Source: a virus (lineage: Duplodnaviria; Caudoviricetes). From it: a DNA stretch of 64,000 bases. The translations under genes and the position numbers were made by a program. Positions 44,298 to 54,877 of the stretch are shown here, piece after piece. The DNA is taken from positions 1 through 64,000 of the IMG/VR virus record IMGVR_UViG_3300037851_001014; one strand, 5' to 3'. Positions within the stretch are counted from its first letter, which is position 1. Each line of letters opens with the position of its first letter. The notes beneath the pieces are model-generated. The model saw nothing but the letters and a program-made list of their open reading frames with translations. It was not told the DNA's origin and made no database searches.

Positions 44298-47200
44298 GAT
44301 CTGTAACCGGCACCCTGCAGAACGCTATCGAGAGCAAGCAGCAGTATTTTCTTGCCCGCGCTACCTCATATAAAACACGCTTGCTTGGGTCTGACTTCGC
44401 ATCGTCCAGTTATCCCATAACGGGATCTGACGATGCTGGATTTGATACATCTCCTCTTTACCAGGTACTCAGCATCAATACAGCAAGCCATCTGGCTGTT
44501 ACCTGGTATAAGATTGGTGGCACGCTGCAGTATTCTATACAGGACAGCGCAACACTTACGGACACCGCGATTGCCATTTCGTGCAAGCCTGGCTATTGCG
44601 CAGGGTATCTATGGTATTGGGACGGTACGTATATCGTCAAGAGGGCGGTGGACTGGACAAAGGTGACCGCCAGAGACGCAACTCCATTTTCTTCGTCCGC
44701 AACGAAAGACATGTCTTCCAAAGTTATCGTTAATGTCATTGGCCTTAGTACCACAGAGGCTCTGGCGATCGAGGACATTGATGGTGGCTTGCGCCCTGTT
44801 TACATCGATGTTGGCGATGATTTTTCAAGTGATGCTGATTGGCGCTTTATGTTTCCGCAGTTTGCCGACTATACTGATGGATCAACGCCAAGCACTGCAG
44901 AGAAACTCGCATACGATTTTGCTGCAATCAAATTTGGCGACGAGGTATTCATATATGGCACCGAACCGTACCAGATGACCATTCGTGCCAGTGTCTACAA
45001 TACCCTATACGATTATTGGGAAGATGCATTTACCCTTCTGCCAATGGAGAAAGAAACCAGTTTATGCTCCCTGGCTGTTACATCGGCTTACATGGGTGAG
45101 GACAACAAAATATATCTTGGGTGCTTTTTTGGCAGGGAGGATGCTGTTGTCCAGAGATATTATTCCCTCGTTCTCAAGTCGTCTAATGGCAGAGTATTCT
45201 CAATTGATGCTGCGTCGGTTGTTGATGATGGCGGATACCGTATGCAGGCGTTTTATTACGATGCCCAGAATAAACTATTTCTTGGAAATAGCAATCGCAT
45301 CTTAAGTGCCAACGCCACTTATCGTTATGGCGTTCCTTTGGCCAGCAGTCCAAGTACGGCCATTGACAGGATAATATCGTTCGATGATAGCAGCTATCAA
45401 GCGAGCTTGCGCGTAGCTGCCGGGAAAGAAGAATACTACGATGATCCAAATATTGTCACAGGCGCATTGTGTATTGTCGAAACTGGCTTAAAAACCGCGT
45501 CCGGCGATGAATATATCACCTACGGCACCTATATCGTGGCAGAGGTGTCTGAGGGGTTTGCGAATGCGGTACAGACCATGGTGATACGCCTTTTGCACGA
45601 GAGCATGTACAAGCTGAACGAGTCATCCATGCCTTTCTATACCGAGGTTGCTGGCAAGGCGTCTAAGTACCAAGAGTTCAGATCTACCAAGAATGGACTG
45701 CTTTACAGCGCTGGGGCCAAACACTTGGACGCATCCTACGAGACAAAGTTCAGAGTCAACTTTTTTACCCATGAGGCGTATACCAATTCAGGAGCAGGGA
45801 TCACGGGCGTCACCATGATGGCTGATGGGGGAGTGAGCTGGCATGAGGCAGCAGGCAGCCATAAACTGGGCCTCGTTACGCCGGGCCTGAAAGAATATCG
45901 CGTTCTCGACGACTATCCTGTTGTTGCTCTGCAGACAGTGCAGGTAAACTTGTATGGCTGGAGCCACTCGGACGTCGGGGGTGGAAGCACCAATGATGCA
46001 GTGGACTTGGTCATGATCCTGGAGCTGCCGGATGGCACAGAGGACACAATCATTACCACAGACCACTACAAGTGGCCCAACAGCTATCCTGTAGACGGAG
46101 GTGGCACGCCGCCGTCCGTGAATGACCCGATCGCGTTGTCGGTGACAAACCTCGAGATTGGCAGCAAGATTAAGCAAGTGGGCATGGTCTTCGAGTGTGC
46201 CACTGCGACACACTTTTGTCCATCTGCTATCCAGTTCGAGTCGGGCATCTATGTGCGCCAGCCATTTGGCAGTGGCAATCTTCCCTGGAGCGACCAGGAC
46301 GATGGATTGGGTATCATGCTAGATGGTGTCGGGGTTCCTAGAGTGATGTTCGCAACAGAGCCATATGCAGTGACCGAGTTCTCTGTCCAGGCTGACTTTT
46401 CGGACACAACTGTGTTCACCTGGAATGATGATATATTCCCCGTGGCCTGGGGCTTGGTCGGGCATGCCACTGACTACAAAAATTACGTTGCGGCTGTTTA
46501 CGACCGGGCCGATGGCGTGGATGGGACTTGGAAGATCTGGCATTACAAAGATGGATTTCGCACGACTCTTGCCTCGGCCACAGGAGGGACTTATAAGCCA
46601 CACACCGGCGATCTTCCGTACAGTCCCGTGCGGTTTCTGTTTACTTACAGGGGTGGTACCTACCGCTTATATATGAAGGACTGGCTAAACGCTAAGTTCG
46701 TTGAGGTATTGAGTTATACCTGGGACAAGACCGATCGCTGGATGGTCGAGAATGATGTCCCTCTTAAGGTTGGTATCTTTGGTTTGATTGCTCCGCCAAT
46801 GTTCAGGATTGCTGGTTATTCGTATGGGTCTTCGGAGTCTGGCAATCTATCAGATGGAATAGCCTGTATGCCCGAGGAAGACTCTCTCTTGAACAGCTTT
46901 GCCGCAAGCGGGGAAGTGGTCATTAATGGCAATGTATTCGCATACACAGATATTGCCACGGGTGGTTTGGCGCGCACTGGCCCCTACGCCTATCTGGACA
47001 GCGGAAGCTATGGCTCTGATTATGGGATAGAACTGCGCTGGTTTGATTATGACATGGAGGATGAAGACCTGGGCTCTGTGGAAATGCTGATCGCAGCCGA
47101 GGACGGTGCCTACTTGCTGAACGGCATCGAATCCAGAATCGCCGGCGGCGGCAGCGATGATGATTTGCTTAATAGGATGATCCTCAAGACAGCCAACGAC

Positions 47201-48499
47201 AACTCGGCCGGGAAAAAGTCCAAGTCGAGTCAGGTCTACTTGGTGCGCGGGCTTTTGGGAATATCTATGGTGGTTGACAATGGCACGTCTATCAGCCGGT
47301 GGGACTGGTGTTACCAGAATTACAGCGGCGAGATACGCTGCGTGGCCTTTGGCGCCTCTGGCGGAGACGCGGACGAGACAGTAGAGACGCTATCGAGAAA
47401 GATTGCAGGTATGTGTGATGCAGCTCTCGTCTTTACTGGCAACACCACAGGGAGTGGCGATGTCACAACATCTCCTCAAGATATTGCTACGTTGGCAAAC
47501 AGCGACTCGATAGATCTGTATGTAGACTACCCGCAACTTGCCACAAACGACTGGATTGGAGTACAGCTAAACATTTCGTTCAGACCAGATTTGAACGACA
47601 CCTATTGCCGACTCGATATCATCAAAGAAATCAGCAACTACAAGGCTGTTTTGCGTACGTATCCATCCAATGGCGTCATGGATGCCATTACCTGGGTAGC
47701 GGCGTCCAGCACTGTTAATCGTGTGCGGGTGTTCGCAAGGGAGAACTTTATAACACTCTACCACAATGGCAAGATGATCTATACCTTTATGGCCAGCGAC
47801 GTGGACTGGACAGACATGACGACCATTACTCTCGTAGGGTCCACAACCCTGGCCGGATGCACCTGGGAGATATCCGAGCAGAGCGACTGGCGCGAAGCGA
47901 TCTTTATGGATCTTGAAACAAACGGTGCGTCTGCCATGGAAGACGTGATCCAAGAACGCCCCGTTGAGAGATACCCGCTTTCAGACGGTTCGATTGCGTT
48001 GAGCTATAATCAGACAAGAGACAGGGTTGTATTCGGGTATGCTCCTCAGAAGGTTGAACACGCTATGAGCGTTCCATCAGCGCTTGGGTCGGATACACTT
48101 ATTTATGGTGCCGATGATGTCACCGTTATGATGGACGCCGACGCCATGGATGCAGTTGGCTTCAAGACACGTGTTCTCCGGCTGCCAAATCTAAGATCTG
48201 GGGCAGCGAGGGCGGCAAATATCGTGGTGGATCGGTACATTCAGAGTATGGATATAATCTCTGTCACGGCGCATATTGATTACCGCCCAGAGATAGGCGA
48301 TATTGTCGTTTCGTTTTACAATTTGCCATCGGGCAGATCCAGAACGTACGATTTTATTGTCGAGGATATACAGCTTGACTCAACTCGGCGAGTTGCGCTA
48401 TACCGAGGTAGACTTCTTGCCGAAGGAACAACGGCCATAGGCTTGCTTTCCGAGAGCCTTGCGAGCACGACCCTGTCTGCTGCTGGAGATGTAACGTAG
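44294..48499 (+). CDS. tail tip/hub (Tal/central fibre-like) protein
   Basis: 1401 aa, aromatic-rich beta domains, C-terminal DYRPEIGDIV motif typical of hub proteins. Confidence 0.7.
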   Translation: MRSVTGTLQNAIESKQQYFLARATSYKTRLLGSDFASSSYPITGSDDAGFDTSPLYQVLSINTASHLAVTWYKIGGTLQYSIQDSATLTDTAIAISCKPGYCAGYLWYWDGTYIVKRAVDWTKVTARDATPFSSSATKDMSSKVIVNVIGLSTTEALAIEDIDGGLRPVYIDVGDDFSSDADWRFMFPQFADYTDGSTPSTAEKLAYDFAAIKFGDEVFIYGTEPYQMTIRASVYNTLYDYWEDAFTLLPMEKETSLCSLAVTSAYMGEDNKIYLGCFFGREDAVVQRYYSLVLKSSNGRVFSIDAASVVDDGGYRMQAFYYDAQNKLFLGNSNRILSANATYRYGVPLASSPSTAIDRIISFDDSSYQASLRVAAGKEEYYDDPNIVTGALCIVETGLKTASGDEYITYGTYIVAEVSEGFANAVQTMVIRLLHESMYKLNESSMPFYTEVAGKASKYQEFRSTKNGLLYSAGAKHLDASYETKFRVNFFTHEAYTNSGAGITGVTMMADGGVSWHEAAGSHKLGLVTPGLKEYRVLDDYPVVALQTVQVNLYGWSHSDVGGGSTNDAVDLVMILELPDGTEDTIITTDHYKWPNSYPVDGGGTPPSVNDPIALSVTNLEIGSKIKQVGMVFECATATHFCPSAIQFESGIYVRQPFGSGNLPWSDQDDGLGIMLDGVGVPRVMFATEPYAVTEFSVQADFSDTTVFTWNDDIFPVAWGLVGHATDYKNYVAAVYDRADGVDGTWKIWHYKDGFRTTLASATGGTYKPHTGDLPYSPVRFLFTYRGGTYRLYMKDWLNAKFVEVLSYTWDKTDRWMVENDVPLKVGIFGLIAPPMFRIAGYSYGSSESGNLSDGIACMPEEDSLLNSFAASGEVVINGNVFAYTDIATGGLARTGPYAYLDSGSYGSDYGIELRWFDYDMEDEDLGSVEMLIAAEDGAYLLNGIESRIAGGGSDDDLLNRMILKTANDNSAGKKSKSSQVYLVRGLLGISMVVDNGTSISRWDWCYQNYSGEIRCVAFGASGGDADETVETLSRKIAGMCDAALVFTGNTTGSGDVTTSPQDIATLANSDSIDLYVDYPQLATNDWIGVQLNISFRPDLNDTYCRLDIIKEISNYKAVLRTYPSNGVMDAITWVAASSTVNRVRVFARENFITLYHNGKMIYTFMASDVDWTDMTTITLVGSTTLAGCTWEISEQSDWREAIFMDLETNGASAMEDVIQERPVERYPLSDGSIALSYNQTRDRVVFGYAPQKVEHAMSVPSALGSDTLIYGADDVTVMMDADAMDAVGFKTRVLRLPNLRSGAARAANIVVDRYIQSMDIISVTAHIDYRPEIGDIVVSFYNLPSGRSRTYDFIVEDIQLDSTRRVALYRGRLLAEGTTAIGLLSESLASTTLSAAGDVT

Positions 48500-49411
48500 A
48501 TGAGCAAAACATCCAGGCGCATCCTAGATATTACACAGGCAAAGCTGCTGCCGGCTGTTGTTATCGAGCCGATTGGCAACGGTTTGCGTGCGACGGTGCG
48601 TGTCTCGAACGGCAGTATATTCCGCAATCTTTTTGTCGTGGGTGGGCCTGCCTACGTCAATCTGCCGGGCCAAGTTGATTTTAGCGGCTCGATTCCTGTA
48701 TTTCTTGCGTCGGCGGTGCCGGACATAACAGTTGGTTCAACCTATGGCACAACTCTTGATGACGTTGTACAGAGAGAAGATCAACGCCAACCACCCCCAG
48801 GATCGTCGTCTCAAGTCCAGGAGGGGCCAGGAATCGACTTGGTCAGCAGTACGATCGGGCTGGGTGGGGACACGATCCTGCTGTACGACAGCGGGGGGCA
48901 GCCGGTGGCAGAGTTTGCAGCCACCTCCGCGGGGCTCGATGCAGCCATTGCTGGCGCGGGCAGCGGAGATATCGTTTTGCTTCCTGCGATTACCGTCGAC
49001 GGAAACCATACCGTTGTAGACGGAATTACTGTTATGGGCATGGATAGAGACAGAAGTGTTCTATCTGGCCTGATAACGGTCGGCTCAGCTGCTGCCCTTG
49101 ATACCCTTTCTGTAATCAGGACAGCTAACGACGCAAACGACCTAGTTGGTGTCAAGAATACCAATGGCAATAATCCGGCGTATATCAGGAACTGCACGCT
49201 CGACGTGCGGCAAAGTGGGGCTGGAGGCGCATACTGTATTTATACAGATGGCGGGCTAGACACACTCAACGGGTCAGTTGATGTCCGATATTCTACCCTG
49301 TACGCGTCGTCAGTCGGCGGGTATGGATATGCCGGCGCATCAGCGGCTGGACTCATATACGCCCGCTGGTGCCAGGTATATGGCTCAACGGACAGGTGGA
49401 TAGTTATATGA
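48500..49411 (+). CDS. minor tail protein with beta-helix-like C-terminus
   Basis: 303 aa; GDIVLLPA...GITVMG...SVLSG pectin-lyase-like pattern. Confidence 0.6.
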   Translation: MSKTSRRILDITQAKLLPAVVIEPIGNGLRATVRVSNGSIFRNLFVVGGPAYVNLPGQVDFSGSIPVFLASAVPDITVGSTYGTTLDDVVQREDQRQPPPGSSSQVQEGPGIDLVSSTIGLGGDTILLYDSGGQPVAEFAATSAGLDAAIAGAGSGDIVLLPAITVDGNHTVVDGITVMGMDRDRSVLSGLITVGSAAALDTLSVIRTANDANDLVGVKNTNGNNPAYIRNCTLDVRQSGAGGAYCIYTDGGLDTLNGSVDVRYSTLYASSVGGYGYAGASAAGLIYARWCQVYGSTDRWIVI

Positions 49412-51333
49412 CACGAGCACTTGTAGCATTGTGCGAAGCAACTTATGGTGGTGTGTATTACACCGACAACCTTAATTTTGGGAACCCGTCCGCACAGCCA
49501 GTATGGACAAGGCTGAGTACAAGCGGCTTAGCTAACTTGATGATACAAGTAATGCAGGTGGATCCAGTCGACCCCTACGGGGTTATTTACGTGCAGCTAG
49601 TGAACCGAGATATTTACAAGTGGAACGGCTCTGGGTGGACGAAGATCATGGACCTGGCGACAGCCAGAGCATGGATAGGGGGAGTTTATGATAACGGTAA
49701 TGCCAATTTTGGCTTTATTGCTGCGAACAAGGCGGAATCGCACGCTGGGCATATATATGTCATGTTTGGATCGGGTCCTGCGACGGGAGGAGGAATTAAG
49801 GTACTGCGCTCTGTAGACTATGGCGAAAACTGGACATATCATGCCTATTATGATGCGATCACTGCCAGTCCCACGGCATGGGTGTCCGCATACGGCAACG
49901 ATATATTTATGTCGCATGGCCATGGTTCGAATAAATTGCTCGGCAGGTCTAGCGACAACGGGTCTAGCACGCCATACTTTTACACCATATGGGGAATCGG
50001 TGGCAGTGGCGACCAGATAAACATAGACCCGACAGAGGTAGACAAGGTTTATTACTATGATTATTATGACAGTGCGCTGCATCGCTATACGGTTTCGCCT
50101 AACGCAACCACGCAACTGCAGGGCAGCATAACAGATTTATCTCTTGTGTATTCGAATTTGGCTGCTTACGCGGATTTTGCGGGAGCGCAGTGGTTTGACA
50201 GGCAAGCTAATGGACACCAGAGAATACTTGCAGACGGCAAGCTCTATGTGACATATGACGAGTGGGCAACGATCGAGGAAGCCACACCGACAGACTGGAA
50301 CTTCACTGTATTCAATGGCGTAAAGGTATCCAATATAGCGTCACCAAAAGAGAATGTTGATTACATTCTGATCGGACTATCGGAGCCATCGGAAGCTGGT
50401 AAGCCGCGTTTATTTGCGAAGTTAGGAGAAGATACAAGTGAGGCACCGTGGCACGTGGCAGGGACGAACCACAATACGTCACCCTATACAGGTGCGCTGC
50501 CTTCGGTGGCAGGCATGGAGGTTGCGACCTATGGGATCTACGTTGGTGCAGGTATGGCGAGCAGCGGAGTATATGTTTATGCCAATGAGCAGGGAGACAT
50601 AACCAATATTCCAGATGCGAACGGGCTAGGGACGCCGCTGTTTGGCGACCGGGGGAGCTGGCGAGACCTGCCGGCAGACGGGTATGACATTTACCACGCG
50701 GAGGACGTGAACGCAGCGACGCCACAGATTCATGCACCCTGGGATGAGGCCAGTCCGCCGGCAGCAGGATATGGAATCGTATCAGACGGGAACAAGTGGG
50801 AGGTATCCAGCGACGAGATCGCCCTGGTGAGCGATCTGCACGATGCGGTGACGCTGGATGCGGATGCGGCGACGATCCTGGACCTGAGCACGCAGGAGAT
50901 CGGGCTGGATACGCAGACGGCGAACACGGTGCTGGCAGGACCGACGACAGGGGCGGCAGACGAGCCGACTTTCCGGGCGCTGGTGGAGGCTGACCTGCCG
51001 GCGACCACGATCGTAGAATCGGAAGCGCACGAGCACATAATCAACGAGGATCACAGTTCTGAGTGCGACGGGATCGTGGACACATTCGCGCTTCAGGTTG
51101 CATTTCGGTACAAAAGTACCCAGGTATATTTATCTGGTCTGCGCCAGATCTTTGGGGTGGATTACGATGAAGTGGCTGATAGCATTGTTTTCGTAACGCC
51201 ACCCGCAATAAGCGACACGCTGACCGTGGACTACATCACGACATACGCTGCCTATGTGGCATTCGGCTCGTTATTACTTTCCTCTGGCGACTACTTGCTG
51301 CTTGAGGACGGCGACAATATTTTTACGGAGTAG
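49408..51333 (+). CDS. tail fibre / receptor-binding protein (BNR/Asp-box propeller)
   Basis: ATGA-coupled start; Asp-boxes SVDYGENW and SSDNG; fibre motif ANTVLAGPTTG...PTFRALVEADLP; C-terminal LLLEDGD. Confidence 0.75.
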   Translation: MTRALVALCEATYGGVYYTDNLNFGNPSAQPVWTRLSTSGLANLMIQVMQVDPVDPYGVIYVQLVNRDIYKWNGSGWTKIMDLATARAWIGGVYDNGNANFGFIAANKAESHAGHIYVMFGSGPATGGGIKVLRSVDYGENWTYHAYYDAITASPTAWVSAYGNDIFMSHGHGSNKLLGRSSDNGSSTPYFYTIWGIGGSGDQINIDPTEVDKVYYYDYYDSALHRYTVSPNATTQLQGSITDLSLVYSNLAAYADFAGAQWFDRQANGHQRILADGKLYVTYDEWATIEEATPTDWNFTVFNGVKVSNIASPKENVDYILIGLSEPSEAGKPRLFAKLGEDTSEAPWHVAGTNHNTSPYTGALPSVAGMEVATYGIYVGAGMASSGVYVYANEQGDITNIPDANGLGTPLFGDRGSWRDLPADGYDIYHAEDVNAATPQIHAPWDEASPPAAGYGIVSDGNKWEVSSDEIALVSDLHDAVTLDADAATILDLSTQEIGLDTQTANTVLAGPTTGAADEPTFRALVEADLPATTIVESEAHEHIINEDHSSECDGIVDTFALQVAFRYKSTQVYLSGLRQIFGVDYDEVADSIVFVTPPAISDTLTVDYITTYAAYVAFGSLLLSSGDYLLLEDGDNIFTE

Positions 51334-51339
51334 ATAAAG

Positions 51340-51858
51340 ATGGCAGATGTCAAGGTAGAAGATCTAGCGGCAATCGCAAGTCCGGCATTAACAGACTTGC
51401 TCTACGTCGTGGCCGATCCGGGGGGTACGCCGGCAAGCAAGAAGGCAACCCTGGCGAATATTGCCCTGGCGCTTGGCTTTGGGGCGTTGACAGACTGGAC
51501 ACCCACCATTACACAGAGCAGTACGATAACTAAGACAATAGTGGGTGCTAAATATTGCAGGATCGGGCAACTGGTGTTTTTGGATGCTGCTATGAACATT
51601 ACAGGTGCGGGGTCAACTGGCAATGCGATAATAATATCAAATCTGCCAGTTGCGGCTGCCGCGAATGGTGTTTGTGGTACAGCAAGGATAGATAATACTG
51701 GAACACTACTTTATGAAGGTGCAGCGTACATGAATGCAGGTGCAGGGCAGATAACATTTAGGGCACACCTGGAAACAAATGATATCGGGGCAGATCCCAG
51801 CTTTGCACTAGCGAACGGGGACGTCATTAAGTTTCACGCAATGTATGTGGCAGCTTGA
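51340..51858 (+). CDS. tail fibre tip/adhesin paralogue 1
   Basis: MADVKVEDL...DPGGTPASKKATLAN...DWTP followed by a variable beta domain. Confidence 0.7.
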   Translation: MADVKVEDLAAIASPALTDLLYVVADPGGTPASKKATLANIALALGFGALTDWTPTITQSSTITKTIVGAKYCRIGQLVFLDAAMNITGAGSTGNAIIISNLPVAAAANGVCGTARIDNTGTLLYEGAAYMNAGAGQITFRAHLETNDIGADPSFALANGDVIKFHAMYVAA

Positions 51859-52523
51859 CAAAGGGAGCATAAATGGCAGATACTAAGGTAACTGGACTCA
51901 CGGAAATAACCAACCCTGCACTAACAGACTTGGTGTATGTGGCTGCCGATCCGGGGGGTACGCCGGCAAGCAAGAAGGCAACCCTGGCGAATATTGCCCT
52001 GGCGCTTGGCTTTGGGGCGTTGACAGACTGGACACCGGTCATTATGCAGGGTGTAACAGTGGCTAGCACGACAATATATGCCAAATACTGCAGGATTGGG
52101 CCATTGATGTATATATGTGCCAGTGTAGCTATCGTGGGTGCGGGAACATCTGGCGCCGCTGTCTTTGTAACAGGTATGCCAGATAATCCTGCCTATATAG
52201 GCGGCTTTGGTATAGGGCTTGTGGAAAATGCTGGAACAGCGTTCTACGCGGGCGAAGCAGAATGCAACACAAATGGCACCATCGGATTTATTTGTCACCT
52301 AGAGATATCTGCTATAGGCATAGACCCAAACTTCGCATTGGCGAGCGGGGACGGCCTTTATTTTTTCGCGGTTTACCCAGTCTAGGCAAAAGGAGATAAC
52401 CGATATGGCAGACACTAAAGTATCGGAACTTGCGGAAATAACTAACCCGGCATTAACAGACTTGCTCTACGTCGTGGCCGATCCGGGGGGTACGCCGGCA
52501 AGCAAGAAGGCAACCCTGGCGAA
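51382..52523 (+). repeat. identical direct repeats in the 5' parts of the three paralogues
   Basis: 92 bp identical at 51412-51503 and 51945-52036; 77 bp identical at 51382-51458 and 52447-52523. Confidence 0.9.
51873..52385 (+). CDS. tail fibre tip/adhesin paralogue 2
   Basis: Same N-terminus and the same DPxFALAxGD C-terminus as paralogue 1. Confidence 0.7.
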   Translation: MADTKVTGLTEITNPALTDLVYVAADPGGTPASKKATLANIALALGFGALTDWTPVIMQGVTVASTTIYAKYCRIGPLMYICASVAIVGAGTSGAAVFVTGMPDNPAYIGGFGIGLVENAGTAFYAGEAECNTNGTIGFICHLEISAIGIDPNFALASGDGLYFFAVYPV

Positions 52524-52926
52524 CTTCAAGCTGGCGATCGGCTTCGGAGCATTGACGGACTGGACACCGTCTATTACCCAGAGCGTATCTGTTAGTAAAA
52601 CAGTCACATACGCCAAATATTATACTATTGGGCCATTGATGTATATATGTGCACTTATGTCGATCACAGGCGCGGGAACCGGGAACAACAATATTTTTAT
52701 TGGGAACTTACCTGCTCAGCCCGCCAGCAATGGGGTTTATGGTACGGCATGGATACTAAACAATGGAACAGCCTATTATCACGGACCGGCTTATTACACA
52801 ACCGGGGCAGGAGGCGCGTTCTATTTCATTTGCCATCTAGAAGTGGCTGGGTGTGGAATAGACCCAAACTTTGCACTAGCGTCTAGTGACATGATCGCAT
52901 TTTGTGCGCTATACCCCACAGCGTGA
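52405..52926 (+). CDS. tail fibre tip/adhesin paralogue 3
   Basis: Same architecture as paralogues 1 and 2. Confidence 0.7.
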   Translation: MADTKVSELAEITNPALTDLLYVVADPGGTPASKKATLANFKLAIGFGALTDWTPSITQSVSVSKTVTYAKYYTIGPLMYICALMSITGAGTGNNNIFIGNLPAQPASNGVYGTAWILNNGTAYYHGPAYYTTGAGGAFYFICHLEVAGCGIDPNFALASSDMIAFCALYPTA

Positions 52927-52934
52927 GGAGCCCC

Positions 52935-53171
52935 ATGAGAAACAGATACAGTATAGCCATAAGGTTTGTAGCTTTTGTAGCGGCGTTGGCGGTTGGAACA
53001 TTTGCTCTTGGGCTGTTCTACCACGATGTCAGTCCGCAATTAAGAGTTGCATTTGGAACTGTTCTGTTCTGGTCTGCCATTTACGGATCGACTGCCTTCC
53101 AAGTAGAACTCACAAAACAATTATTCAAGACAAAGACAACCGCCAAAAAAGAACGGCAATACGATTCGTAG
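52935..53171 (+). CDS. small two-TM membrane protein
   Basis: GAGGAG RBS; two hydrophobic helices and a basic tail. Confidence 0.65.
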   Translation: MRNRYSIAIRFVAFVAALAVGTFALGLFYHDVSPQLRVAFGTVLFWSAIYGSTAFQVELTKQLFKTKTTAKKERQYDS

Positions 53172-53186
53172 AGATGGAGGTTTCCT

Positions 53187-54224
53187 TTGATAACACCAAA
53201 CCAATACTCGCAGATGCAACATCTGCGAACTGCCGGCAATACCTACAGCGAAATAGCCAGCGCCACTGGTCTTTCTTACGATCAAGTGCGCAGGGCTATT
53301 GAATCGGATTTGGCTATTACGGTTGAGAAGTCGCCATTTCCAGTCTTTGATGATCCACTGGAGGCTGAGGGGGATGCACTGGTTCTGCCAGACGTCGAGG
53401 CACCTTTTCATGACAGCGTCTTTCTCGAAAAGACAATTGACTTGGCGGCGGCATGGGGAATAGAGCGCGTAATATTCGCAGGCGACGCGCTGCATTTCAA
53501 CAGTCTGTCTTCGTTCTCGCCTGGCTACACATCAGCAGAAGCAAAATCGAAACTCGACCCGGATGCTGAAAGAAAACTACTTGCCTTTGCCCATTCTCTT
53601 CCCGAAAAGGAGCGAGAAGAGATGATTATGTTTGTTGTAGATCTCTCGAGTAACATTGCCGACGAAAATTTCTCGTCCGAGCTGCAGATTTCTCGCAGGG
53701 TTTTGCAAGATGTGACCATAGCTTTCCGACATGTCGACTACGTTCTGGGTAATCACGATACCAGATTTCTGAAAATGATTGGGACGCCAATCTTTCCGGA
53801 AGAATTGTTGCGCTTGCTGGAAGTAAAAGACAAGTGGCGCATTGCGCCATACTTCTATATGAGGTTGCATTCCGGTGAACGGACATGGCTTATCGAGCAC
53901 CCAAAAAACTCAGCCAAGAGTTCTGCCCAACGTCTGGCAAGCAAGCATTTGGCCAATGTGGCCATGGCGCACTCGCACAGGTGGGCTGTAGAGTACGACG
54001 CATCAGGCGCATACTATGCTATACATATGGGATGCTGCGTGGATGAGACGCGTCTACCTTATGTGGCGCAAAGGCACAGCACAGTAGACAAACACAAGCT
54101 GGGTGCGCTGATTATCAGGGACGGCTTTCCGCACTTGTTGGGAGAGGAGACACCGTTCACTGCGATGAAGCGCATGTACCGTGCTAAAAACACAAAGACC
54201 AACCAGAACAATGGCAATGGTTGA
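53187..54224 (+). CDS. HTH + calcineurin-like metallophosphoesterase
   Basis: N-terminal TYSEIASATGLSYDQVRR HTH; motifs PDVEAPFHD, AGDALH, GNHD, EHP, AHSHR. Confidence 0.88.
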   Translation: MITPNQYSQMQHLRTAGNTYSEIASATGLSYDQVRRAIESDLAITVEKSPFPVFDDPLEAEGDALVLPDVEAPFHDSVFLEKTIDLAAAWGIERVIFAGDALHFNSLSSFSPGYTSAEAKSKLDPDAERKLLAFAHSLPEKEREEMIMFVVDLSSNIADENFSSELQISRRVLQDVTIAFRHVDYVLGNHDTRFLKMIGTPIFPEELLRLLEVKDKWRIAPYFYMRLHSGERTWLIEHPKNSAKSSAQRLASKHLANVAMAHSHRWAVEYDASGAYYAIHMGCCVDETRLPYVAQRHSTVDKHKLGALIIRDGFPHLLGEETPFTAMKRMYRAKNTKTNQNNGNG

Positions 54225-54380
54225 TCTTTGTTCGACTACCACCCAGGAGAGCCTTGCACTCCCTTTGCGGACTCGCAGCACCGTGCCAGCGGGCTGCAGT
54301 AGGTTTCCGCTTTCGGCCTTTCACAGATGGGCTTCTGTCTGGTGTACACAAGCACATTATACTATTCCTGGAGGTGTGTC

Positions 54381-54851
54381 ATGGCCCTGAGCGGATCTGA
54401 CAAAGCGGAGATTGAGAAGATTGTTGCAGCACAAATACAACCAACAAACAACAGAGTGGAGGAGCTTGTCAGATTACTCAAGGGGAGCAATGGCACGAAG
54501 GGGCTGGTCGTGGAGGTGGCGTTGATAGCGCAACAGCTAACAAACCTAGACAAGTCACTCCAGCAGTATAGCGCTATTGCCCTGGAGGCACGACAGGATA
54601 TTGTCGGCTGTAAAATGGAGGAATTTGGGAAGATGGCACGGCTGTCATCCAGGATGGATGTAATTGAGGCGATTGCTCTTCCAGAAGAAGAGCAGACAGC
54701 CACAGAGCATCTCCCTACCGAGAAAAAGGATAGGTCAGAGGAATTTGGCGGCTGGGTATGGTTTCGCGATAAGGCAGTATGGCCAATTCTCTTTGCGATT
54801 ACCCTCTATGTTATTATGGAAATCGTAAAGATACTTCTGAAGCATTTATAA
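54381..54851 (+). CDS. coiled-coil protein with C-terminal TM (lysis-associated)
   Basis: GGAGG RBS; C-terminal WPILFAITLYVIMEIV helix; directly upstream of the endolysin. Confidence 0.6.
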   Translation: MALSGSDKAEIEKIVAAQIQPTNNRVEELVRLLKGSNGTKGLVVEVALIAQQLTNLDKSLQQYSAIALEARQDIVGCKMEEFGKMARLSSRMDVIEAIALPEEEQTATEHLPTEKKDRSEEFGGWVWFRDKAVWPILFAITLYVIMEIVKILLKHL

Positions 54852-54877
54852 TATAGGGCACAAGGAGGTGCCCGACC

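Noticed and set aside
24930-48627. Many minus-strand ORFs opposite the structural genes (e.g. 39271..39933, 40703..41440, 28521..29102)
   Set aside because: Shadow ORFs of long, codon-biased + strand genes; no RBS or recognisable motifs.
51340-52926. Diversity-generating retroelement or invertase shufflon
   Set aside because: Differences between copies are not adenine-restricted, all copies are intact direct-orientation ORFs, and no reverse transcriptase or recombinase gene is in the window.
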